Source of the DNA: a virus
Length of the DNA stretch: 20,866 bases
IMG/VR virus record: IMGVR_UViG_3300034407_003683
Coordinates: 1-20,866 of that record
Direction: 5' to 3' (one strand)
Shown: piece by piece, positions 7,147-15,077 of the stretch
How the letters are laid out: each line of letters begins with the position of its first letter
Position numbering within the stretch: the first letter of the stretch is position 1
Translations under genes and position numbers: made by a program
The notes under the pieces: model-generated
The model's input: only the letters and a program-made list of their open reading frames with translations
The model's database searches: none
Told to the model about the DNA's origin: nothing

Positions 7147-8904
7147 TTAAACCGTGCCAACAACTTCTTCAAATTCCACACCTGTTCTAACTGCCACAAA
7201 ATTCAATGTGACGTAGTTAATAGAACGTGCAGGTTTGATGAAGACATTTGCAATGAACTCATTACGGTCCACAACGGCCGCAGTATTGTTTGTTTCGTCA
7301 CAGACAACTCTAAAGTCTGTAATACCACGTCTGCCTTGGACTTCTCTAAGAACAGGTTCGACAATATTAACGAATTCGGCCCGAGTAAACTCATCATTGA
7401 ATTCGAACAACACTTGTCTTGCTGCTCTACCAATTGCTCTTTCTAGTACGAGGAACAATCTACGGACATTGATACGATCAAATGCAGATGGTCTACCTAG
7501 CATTGTCTTATCGCCGTAAAGAAGTGTACCTTGCCCTGGAATATTAGCAACAGGGTTGACATCAACTTTATAAAGTGAATCTCTTTGTGCTTTATTTGGT
7601 GTCCAAGCCAAGCTTGTAATACCCAAATATTGACCGCGACGTGTACCAGCTGGTGAGAACCATGGTGCGCGTTCTAGGTCAGTTGCTGCACAAATACCAG
7701 CAGTAGATGATGCTGCCGGAATAAAGATGTATTGATCATTATACTTGTCATAAACTTTCAAGAAGTTATTATCAGCTACAAGGTATGATGAGTTAGTAAA
7801 TGCATTTGCAGTTGCCACAATATTTGTTGTGATAGTTGCTGCATTTGTAAGATTAATTACATCATCTCTTGCAGGAGAAGCATTAACAATACAATCCTTA
7901 CGAAGTGATTGGGCTGTTGAAACCAGATCATTAACAACTGTTGCCTGATCTGTACTGTTAACCATACTTGGTGCAATCAAGAAATCAATTTCAACTTGGT
8001 CTTTATCTTCGAAAAGATCGTAACCAGTCAAAACTTCACTTGTTGTCAAAGCGCCTGAATTTGCACCCTTTTCCAAGTCATGCTCAACGATTGTTGACGG
8101 AGTTGCCAATGAGAAATCATCACCGCTATCAATAGTTGTGCCGGCACCGGCAGTTGCATATGCAGCATCCCAACCAGCTAACCATACATAATCTGAACGA
8201 TCATTAATCACATCCAGTGCATAGTTATTTGTTCCATCAAAATTCTTTGCATCTGAACCAACAGATACAAATGGGAATGTTTCTAGGACTGTTCCTCTTG
8301 TACCAGTAAATTTACCTTCCTGGTCTACAACTACGATGTGAATTTCATCATCGGCTGCATTTCTCTGAGAAGCATATGTTGATGTATCAGGGGCTTTATC
8401 AAAGCTTGATGCATATGTCCAACTATTAAATGCGGAATCATTTGAAGGACAAATTGATACCTTCAATGAATTACCTAAAGCTCCGGGATATTTCGCAATA
8501 AATGTATGCGAATCTGAATCTAGTGCTGATTTTTGAGCCAAGAAATCTGCTTCGTTCTTAATAAACTCTTGCGGTAGTGATCCATTACTATCAGTTCCGA
8601 GTTGACCAGTTGTTGAACGAGCATTTTTTGCGGCTGAAGTTGCTTCGCGAACGACTTGCAAATTGCTTGAATATCTCAAGAAATATTGTGCAGAATGGAA
8701 ATCAATTGTCGAAGCAGAGTCAGGTGTTGCAAAAGTATCTACAAGAGTTGCCTCATTGTCTACCAATACTCTTTGTGCGACCGGACCCCAACGAAAATTA
8801 CCTACAATTGCGCCTGTTGTTGATTGGACGTTTGGAACTCCGCCCGTCAGATCAATTTCTTTGACGACAACCGCAGGACTTTCTGACGGTGTACCTAATG
8901 CCAT
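7147..8904 (-). CDS. g18: Tail sheath protein, T4 gp18
   Basis: SP.VVVKEIDLT, F.WGP, AKYPGALGNSL.V, YDKYND, PWFSPAG..RG, GDKT...PSAFDRINVRRLF, FEFNDEFTR, FIKPARSINYVTLNFVA. Confidence 0.97.
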   Translation of the reverse strand: MALGTPSESPAVVVKEIDLTGGVPNVQSTTGAIVGNFRWGPVAQRVLVDNEATLVDTFATPDSASTIDFHSAQYFLRYSSNLQVVREATSAAKNARSTTGQLGTDSNGSLPQEFIKNEADFLAQKSALDSDSHTFIAKYPGALGNSLKVSICPSNDSAFNSWTYASSFDKAPDTSTYASQRNAADDEIHIVVVDQEGKFTGTRGTVLETFPFVSVGSDAKNFDGTNNYALDVINDRSDYVWLAGWDAAYATAGAGTTIDSGDDFSLATPSTIVEHDLEKGANSGALTTSEVLTGYDLFEDKDQVEIDFLIAPSMVNSTDQATVVNDLVSTAQSLRKDCIVNASPARDDVINLTNAATITTNIVATANAFTNSSYLVADNNFLKVYDKYNDQYIFIPAASSTAGICAATDLERAPWFSPAGTRRGQYLGITSLAWTPNKAQRDSLYKVDVNPVANIPGQGTLLYGDKTMLGRPSAFDRINVRRLFLVLERAIGRAARQVLFEFNDEFTRAEFVNIVEPVLREVQGRRGITDFRVVCDETNNTAAVVDRNEFIANVFIKPARSINYVTLNFVAVRTGVEFEEVVGTV

Positions 8905-8962
8905 TTCTTCTTCCTTTTTTTAATTATATGGTTTTCATAATACGGTTGTTCAAATATCCTAT

Positions 8963-8970
8963 TATTTATA
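8963..8970 (-). promoter_or_regulatory. T4-type late promoter TATAAATA upstream of g18
   Basis: Exact consensus 3 nt after the g17 stop. Confidence 0.85.
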
Positions 8971-8973
8971 ACA

Positions 8974-10593
8974 TTACCAATTTTCATTATTTAAACCATA
9001 ATCTGTATTATAGTCTTTTATCTGCCAGTTATCTTCACCTTTTTCTAAGACTTCAATATGGGCATCGCCATTGTCGATATAACCAAAAGGAACTAATTCT
9101 TCTTCTATCTGTTTCATCTTTTGATCAAATAGCATTTGTTTTAAATCAATATCTGTCATATCACCAAAATATTGACTTGATGCAAAATAACCAAACATAA
9201 CTAGGTTCATCATTAGATCATCATGATTACCATCAGATGCTTCATATGATTGTCCTCTAGCTTCGAACGTAGATATTTCTAGGATTGTTTCATCATCTAC
9301 AATTTTTAGTTTATAAGCCTCTAGAATATCTTTAATTGCAGAACATCCTAGCCGTTTTGATTTTCTAGTCATTTCAATACCGATTGCATTTGCTTTTACG
9401 GCAGATTCGACATGTACATTTTCATATTCTAAATCATGGTATAATCCATTGCAGACCACGGTACCTTGATCATTTGATTCAATAACTACATAAGCTTCAT
9501 TATAAGATTTCGCGTACTTATATATAACATTAGGGAAGAGTAAGGGAGAGATAGTGTTGTTCCGATACACAGCCACCTGCTCAAAAGGCCGAACGCTTAT
9601 GTCGATTAAAGTAAAAGTTGAATAGTCCTGTCCTCTTCCCTTACTTACATCGACTGTCATAACATAATCATGATTGGCAATTGGTTTCTTATAGATTCTA
9701 AGACAATTACTTTCCAATAAATCAATATACGGCTCTGCTCTGAGTGATAAAAGACAATCTGCCGCTATAAGAGTATCTCCAGTACCGAAAAAAGTATTAC
9801 CAAATTCTTGGTCAAATTGTAATTGACTGGTATTTGCTACTGTCTGTTTTTTCCATTCCTCATCACGGCCTGGTACATCCCACCAATCTACCCTAAACGA
9901 TTTATATTCATTAATTTTTTGGACAGCGCCTTCCCAAATTTTATGAAACTGATTTCCAATACCATTTGCAGTAGATGTCACAATAACCTTTGTATCTTTA
10001 CCGGCAGATACAACAGGATATGTTGATGTATAAAATTCAGAAGCTCTTTCTACAAATGCAAACTCATCTAGATATAGAAGGTTTACAGACATACCCCGGA
10101 TAGAAGAACCAGAAGTAGCAGCAGCAATGATCCTCGAGTTATTGCTAAATTCGAGGGATCCTTTATTAAGAGCTTTTGATCCCGGTTGTAAAAAGAACGG
10201 AATGTTTTCCAACATGAGCGTAATCCGAGATAGCATTTCCCGAGATGTTGCCCCTTTGTTTGCAAGAACCGCAACTGTTTTTTCCGGATTAAAGAGCGCG
10301 TACCAGAGGAGATATGCACATGCCGAGATTGATTTTCCAGACTGGCGGCAAGCAAGAATGATTGAGAAACGATTGTCATTAAAATGTCCGAACATCTCTT
10401 TTTGATAAGGATATAGTTGGAATGGAACTAAACCTCTATCAAGTGAAATAACCTTAACGTAATTTTCTGCAAAGTATACGGGATCATTCATACACTTCTT
10501 ATATTCTTTTAATAAATCTGGAGTCCAAGCTTGTTGAACACCATCTCGTTTTACGTTTGGATTACCTAGGTAACTCTGAGTCTGGTGTAACAT
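8974..10593 (-). CDS. g17: Terminase large subunit, T4 gp17
   Basis: YLGNPN, Walker A RQSGKS, Walker B LLYLDEFAF, coupling motif TSTANG, nuclease VDVSKGRGQDYS and HDDLMM. ATG at 10593 (track begins at TTG 10596). Overlaps the g16 end. Confidence 0.97.
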   Translation of the reverse strand: MLHQTQSYLGNPNVKRDGVQQAWTPDLLKEYKKCMNDPVYFAENYVKVISLDRGLVPFQLYPYQKEMFGHFNDNRFSIILACRQSGKSISACAYLLWYALFNPEKTVAVLANKGATSREMLSRITLMLENIPFFLQPGSKALNKGSLEFSNNSRIIAAATSGSSIRGMSVNLLYLDEFAFVERASEFYTSTYPVVSAGKDTKVIVTSTANGIGNQFHKIWEGAVQKINEYKSFRVDWWDVPGRDEEWKKQTVANTSQLQFDQEFGNTFFGTGDTLIAADCLLSLRAEPYIDLLESNCLRIYKKPIANHDYVMTVDVSKGRGQDYSTFTLIDISVRPFEQVAVYRNNTISPLLFPNVIYKYAKSYNEAYVVIESNDQGTVVCNGLYHDLEYENVHVESAVKANAIGIEMTRKSKRLGCSAIKDILEAYKLKIVDDETILEISTFEARGQSYEASDGNHDDLMMNLVMFGYFASSQYFGDMTDIDLKQMLFDQKMKQIEEELVPFGYIDNGDAHIEVLEKGEDNWQIKDYNTDYGLNNENW

Positions 10594-10924
10594 CAATTAG
10601 TTCTTCATCCTGTTTCAATAATTTTTGCAAATCTGCAGTTGAACTTAAAAAGACATTATTATTTGTTGTATTACCTAATTGTTTAGGTTCGTCTTTTCTA
10701 TTGATATCAACTTGCTTTTTATTCAGATCCATTAACTTATCATTCACATCTGATACGTTTTTAATCATACCAGAAAGAACTTCATATGCTCTTGGATGCT
10801 CTGATTCACGAGCAACTTCGATCATCATTTCCAGACTCTCCCGGCCCTTTTCTATGAGATCATAGTAAGTTTGCCGAGAGTAATCATAGTCTGTCTGAAT
10901 ATTTTTGTTATCATCTTCACTCAT
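10562..10924 (-). CDS. g16: Terminase small subunit, T4 gp16
   Basis: DYDYSR..YY.LIEKG.E.L...A.ESEHPRAYEV, TNNNVF..STADLQKLL. Directly upstream of g17. ATG at 10924 preferred over TTG at 10939. Confidence 0.92.
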   Translation of the reverse strand: MSEDDNKNIQTDYDYSRQTYYDLIEKGRESLEMMIEVARESEHPRAYEVLSGMIKNVSDVNDKLMDLNKKQVDINRKDEPKQLGNTTNNNVFLSSTADLQKLLKQDEELIDVTPDSELPR

Positions 10925-10941
10925 AATATTAATATCCAATA

Positions 10942-11802
10942 TTAATGTTCAATGTAACCAGTTGGTGGTGAATAAGTCACATCTGTTCCAGTTCTGATTG
11001 TAACATCAAATCCAGTTATTGTATCACCAGCTCCACCGCTGAAAAATTGATGCGGATGAAATTGTACTGCATACGGAGATTCTGAAGTAAGTAATTTTAT
11101 AGGAGTCCCACTAGTGGCAGGATTGTGATTAGACTGGTAGGTACCATTATGTGAATAAAATACACCACCCTCACTGGTAACCGGGAACATATTTGTATCA
11201 TACGCAATACCGATAATGTCACCTGCTGCAAGAGTAATTGGCCCAGGCCAACTTGTATCTAAAAATTGACCAAAAGGTTTTAAAGGTTGACTTGGCGGTT
11301 GGTCAGTTAACGGTAAATTAAATGCTCTACCAAAGATAGATTCAAATGGATTTCCGAAATTCCAGCCCATAGGCGCAATAAAAAGATGCACAACAGCATC
11401 AGTCGCAGATCCTCCCGATGGCGTATAGGTACCTAAATTATTAATTTCTATTTCAAAATAGAATTTACCTTCTTTAAGAGGCAATGATTGAATTGCTTGA
11501 CCTAATTTATAATCAGCATGATCTGCTGCATTCGAATATGTCCAATTCTTTGTTACATTGCCGGATGAATTCCACGATGTAGGATTTTCATAGTTTGTTG
11601 GTGCAATTTGTGATGCTGGGTCAAAAATAATTTGTCTACTTACTGTTGGATATTGTTTAGCCATTTGTGACATAAATGATGCACTAGCTAGATCCATAAT
11701 TGATCCATTATAAGGATCATCATCAAATGCAGCACCTAGACCATCAGCCAATTGAAAGGCCATTGATAAAGGAGCATTCTTTAGTTTATAATACATAGGC
11801 AT
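10942..11802 (-). CDS. Hypothetical protein with probable SPRY/concanavalin-A-like beta-sandwich (286 aa)
   Basis: GKFYFEIEI, GDIIGIAYD, VFYSHNG and terminal Y.PPTGY match the SPRY pattern as recognised by eye. GGAG RBS upstream. Confidence 0.65.
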   Translation of the reverse strand: MPMYYKLKNAPLSMAFQLADGLGAAFDDDPYNGSIMDLASASFMSQMAKQYPTVSRQIIFDPASQIAPTNYENPTSWNSSGNVTKNWTYSNAADHADYKLGQAIQSLPLKEGKFYFEIEINNLGTYTPSGGSATDAVVHLFIAPMGWNFGNPFESIFGRAFNLPLTDQPPSQPLKPFGQFLDTSWPGPITLAAGDIIGIAYDTNMFPVTSEGGVFYSHNGTYQSNHNPATSGTPIKLLTSESPYAVQFHPHQFFSGGAGDTITGFDVTIRTGTDVTYSPPTGYIEH

Positions 11803-11813
11803 AGTTTATCTCC

Positions 11814-12164
11814 TTATACCAATTCCATAGAAGTAATAGTGATCAAATGGCCACTATCAATTCCAACAGTTGTTGTTACTGCATTACCACCAGTCAAGGT
11901 ATAGTCAACCCCTTGCATTAGCATCATACCATTCAAATAGACCAAAGCTGAATTTGAATCATATGTCATAGCATTTCCAAAGTAGTCATTTCCACTAAAG
12001 ACTGTATCTCCGGAGTCTGCTTCAAAATAATACTTATTTACTCTTACAGTACCTGCCGATGATGTTTCAAGGGTACCTACTCTAGTATTTAGGTCAGTAA
12101 AGTTACCGTCAAGCTCTGCATAGGTAAGCTCACTGCCTTTCGTTAGTCTAAGTGTAATTGCCAT
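11814..12164 (-). CDS. Small virion structural protein (116 aa)
   Basis: N-terminal ITLR..KGS.LT.AELD.NF..L segment and a VYLNG..L..G.DYT beta domain, both reminiscent of fibre/baseplate proteins of T4-like phages. AGGAG RBS. Confidence 0.7.
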   Translation of the reverse strand: MAITLRLTKGSELTYAELDGNFTDLNTRVGTLETSSAGTVRVNKYYFEADSGDTVFSGNDYFGNAMTYDSNSALVYLNGMMLMQGVDYTLTGGNAVTTTVGIDSGHLITITSMELV

Positions 12165-12173
12165 TTATTTCTC

Positions 12174-12965
12174 CTATGCGCTATCACTAGCTAAAACGAT
12201 ATCTTCTGTAAATCCAAAATCACTATCTGGTAAACCAATAGCTGATAATGGGTTTGGTGTTATTGAAACTCTTTCTAAATAAATATCAGAGTCATTTAAT
12301 CCTGCATTCATATTATAAAGATGAGCATCTGCTCTACGAATGACATCTTTATTTTCAATATTTCCATAAAACTGAACTTTCATTTCAAACGTAAGTGTAT
12401 AAATGATAGTTCGTCTTTGTTCTAATGCACCTTCGTAATCATCTTGAAATGTTACTCCAGTAATCACAATAGGCACATCCTCAACTAAATCCGAATAGAT
12501 ATCCTTAAATGGATAAATTGATAATGTATATTGTGGATTAAATGTAGGTAAAATTTGTTCTACAACTTGTAAAGCATCATCTTGATTCTTGGCATATATA
12601 TTCAATGAAAATGAAATGTTATATGGTACAGGTGAATAAAACTTTTGTCGCTTTTCGGCACTGCTACCTTTTGTATTAAAATTGCCAACTTTTGTTAATT
12701 GTCTACTTAAGTCATATGAAATATCTGTTATCTCAAATGACATTCTAGGTAATTTAATAGCAACTCTAGTATCATTTTCTAGACTAGGATTTTCCCTAAT
12801 TCTATCTAGATACTTCTGTCTAGGAGCATATGCTAATGGAACCTTTAATTGGTTAAGAACACCACCAGATGCATTTTTACGAATGACATATATGTTATTA
12901 AACAGTCTACCAAAAATGGCAACTGACATTCGTATTCTTTCGTGATAAAAGTGACTACCAAACAT
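12174..12965 (-). CDS. g15: Tail sheath stabiliser / tail terminator, T4 gp15
   Basis: MFG.HFYH..IR..V..FG.LFNNI, KVPLAYAP.QK, LPRMSFE, PVPYN..F.L.IY, QIL P.F.P, D.YEG....RR.IIYTL.F. Confidence 0.95.
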   Translation of the reverse strand: MFGSHFYHERIRMSVAIFGRLFNNIYVIRKNASGGVLNQLKVPLAYAPRQKYLDRIRENPSLENDTRVAIKLPRMSFEITDISYDLSRQLTKVGNFNTKGSSAEKRQKFYSPVPYNISFSLNIYAKNQDDALQVVEQILPTFNPQYTLSIYPFKDIYSDLVEDVPIVITGVTFQDDYEGALEQRRTIIYTLTFEMKVQFYGNIENKDVIRRADAHLYNMNAGLNDSDIYLERVSITPNPLSAIGLPDSDFGFTEDIVLASDSA

Positions 12966-12996
12966 TTAGTTTATAAATTCCATTTATTTAAATTAC

Positions 12997-13004
12997 TATT
13001 TATA
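12997..13004 (-). promoter_or_regulatory. T4-type late promoter TATAAATA upstream of g15
   Basis: Exact consensus in the g14-g15 gap. Confidence 0.82.
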
Positions 13005-13008
13005 TTCA

Positions 13009-14220
13009 TCATTGATTCTCAGCATCACCGAATGGATTGTTTTCACTAAAATCAAGGAAGTCATCTACATATCCTGCAGTAAACTCATCATTCTGTTCGG
13101 TTTCTGATATGTAATTATATTCTGTGACATTAGAAATTGTTAAACCATTTCCTACTGCCATATTAGTTGTGCTATTGATCAGAGATCCACCTGCAGTAAA
13201 TGTGTGAAGATTACCATCACTTCCACCTACGTGTGCCAAATAATAGCAACGTGATGAATCACCGGCTGAATCCAATTGAATTCTTTGTATTTCGCCAGAC
13301 ATAATAACACCGGATGACAATGTTTGAGTAACTGTGTCGCCAACCGAGTAACCACTATCAACACCACTACCACCATCAAATACAATTGTTGGCAATGTTT
13401 GATAACCTTGACCAGAATCAATAAGCTGAATACTTGAAACCACTCCAGTGGCCGAATCAATGATGGCTATAGCATCTGCACTATCTGTAGGATTACCACC
13501 GATAAATCTAATAGTTGGTGGAGTTGTATAATAAGTACCACCATTTATTAATGTGATACCAAGTAGTGAACCACTGCCGGCATTAATATACCCAGAAGCT
13601 ACATAACCAGAATCAATATAGTCTGCATCGAACAAGAGACTTGCTGTAGCTTTCTTTGGCGCAATTGTACAGACCTTATATTGATATGCATAATCCTTTT
13701 CTAGTGAATCAATAAGAGTATTACCGGTATCCATATCTTCGCCAGAGTACTCAAAGAGAGTACAGCGCATTTTATATGTTGGTACATTTTCTATTTGATA
13801 AAAAGGTTGTTCGTGTTCTACATGTCTAATTTCAAACATAGACTTAGATAAAGGTAGATAAATTAGATCACCTTCGGTAGGTCTGTCACCCTGTAGTGCA
13901 TTATCTGCCCTTGCAACCTGATTTGCCCAACGATTTTTGGATACTACAAATGTACACTCATCTCTAATTTCTACACCAAATCTAGTAAAGAGATCTCCTT
14001 CACCATCAAATCCTTCGACATTCTCAATGTACATCTCAATTTTATATGATGATGCAAATTGGGATGCTGGATCGTCACCTAGTAAGGTGTCTTCATTTAC
14101 AATTGTTCTGGGAAGGTAATAGACATCTTGACCATAAATCTTCAGAGCCTCAATTATGAGTTCTTCATAAAGATTAATTTCTGATCTAACCTTCTCAGAG
14201 AAATAAAAATTACGTGCCAT
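13009..14220 (-). CDS. g14: Neck protein, T4 gp14, with a large internal insertion
   Basis: E.LKIYGQDVYYLPR, IEMY.ENVEGF.G.GDL..RFG.EIRD, RP.EGDLIY.P, FEI..VEHEQPFYQ, C.LFEYS.E, terminal DFSE.NPFG. Confidence 0.93.
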   Translation of the reverse strand: MARNFYFSEKVRSEINLYEELIIEALKIYGQDVYYLPRTIVNEDTLLGDDPASQFASSYKIEMYIENVEGFDGEGDLFTRFGVEIRDECTFVVSKNRWANQVARADNALQGDRPTEGDLIYLPLSKSMFEIRHVEHEQPFYQIENVPTYKMRCTLFEYSGEDMDTGNTLIDSLEKDYAYQYKVCTIAPKKATASLLFDADYIDSGYVASGYINAGSGSLLGITLINGGTYYTTPPTIRFIGGNPTDSADAIAIIDSATGVVSSIQLIDSGQGYQTLPTIVFDGGSGVDSGYSVGDTVTQTLSSGVIMSGEIQRIQLDSAGDSSRCYYLAHVGGSDGNLHTFTAGGSLINSTTNMAVGNGLTISNVTEYNYISETEQNDEFTAGYVDDFLDFSENNPFGDAENQ

Positions 14221-14221
14221 A

Positions 14222-14977
14222 TTATCCTACAAAAAAGTCAGCCGGAAATTCGTGTTCTTCTCTGATTCTTTGCCTTAAATTTTCTATTTCTGTTGTGGCA
14301 TCATCATAGAGTTGACGGCCATTTAGTACAACACCACCAGGTAATTGTACACCCTCAAACTTAATAAGATTCATACCCCACTGTTGTTTGATAAGTGCTG
14401 TGGTATACTCTTTAAGCCACATATCATTATATATTGATGTATGTGTTTCGGGATTTAGAATTGTATAGACTTCTGCTACAATATATTCACCAGCCTTAAT
14501 ATCCTTATCGGCAAAATCACCAAAGATATAAAGTCTGTCTTGATGTCTAGAGAATTGAACTTGTGGTGTGCCGTTCAATTTCATATCAAGCATTGACAGA
14601 TATTGATTCATCTGCTCGTAATAAGCAAGGTCACCTGCAAAGTTTTGAAGGTCTGCAATATCATTTAACATCATCTGATATTTAATATCAAAGAAATTTA
14701 CTGATGAACCAAATGCACTTGATGTAGGAAATAATTGAGAGATATAAAGAATATCAGATGAAATAGGAATATATTCATTGGCAACGTCTGTTGCAGTTAC
14801 TAGATGCTTAAGATAAGTTCTTATTGTAGCATCAGAATGATACTCTTGATAATACTGTAATGCTTCGTCAACGCGATCCTCAATCTGGTCCTCATCAACA
14901 TTGATTTCCAGTACTGGATCACCTAAGCGTCTCTTACAATAATCAATAAGTGTGACTCTGGAATTAGGTGGTGCCAT
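14222..14977 (-). CDS. g13: Neck protein, T4 gp13
   Basis: P.SR..LIDYC.RRLG.PVLEINVD.DQIEDRVDEALQ, YND.WLKEY.TALIK.QWG.NL.KF.GVQLPGGV.LNG. Confidence 0.95.
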   Translation of the reverse strand: MAPPNSRVTLIDYCKRRLGDPVLEINVDEDQIEDRVDEALQYYQEYHSDATIRTYLKHLVTATDVANEYIPISSDILYISQLFPTSSAFGSSVNFFDIKYQMMLNDIADLQNFAGDLAYYEQMNQYLSMLDMKLNGTPQVQFSRHQDRLYIFGDFADKDIKAGEYIVAEVYTILNPETHTSIYNDMWLKEYTTALIKQQWGMNLIKFEGVQLPGGVVLNGRQLYDDATTEIENLRQRIREEHEFPADFFVG

Positions 14978-15010
14978 AAAATAGTCTCCGATTCTTTAAA
15001 ATCTTTGTAC

Positions 15011-15018
15011 TATTTATA
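15011..15018 (-). promoter_or_regulatory. T4-type late promoter TATAAATA upstream of g13
   Basis: Exact consensus, followed by a GGAG RBS before the g13 ATG. Confidence 0.85.
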
Positions 15019-15023
15019 TGTTT

Positions 15024-15075
15024 TTTATATTAAGGAATTAATTTATTAACCTGCTTTATAGATGTATGCTGCACC
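15024..15075. repeat. 52-bp direct repeat, copy A: orphan relic of the FG-GAP gene 3' end
   Basis: 49/52 identical to 16538..16589. Minus strand reads GAAYIYKAG-stop-stop but lies after the stop of 15078..16517. Confidence 0.93.
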
Positions 15076-15077
15076 TG

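Noticed and set aside
1323-10593. Introns, inteins or homing endonucleases in g17, g20 or g23
   Set aside because: All are continuous and of ordinary length, with no splicing or endonuclease motifs seen.
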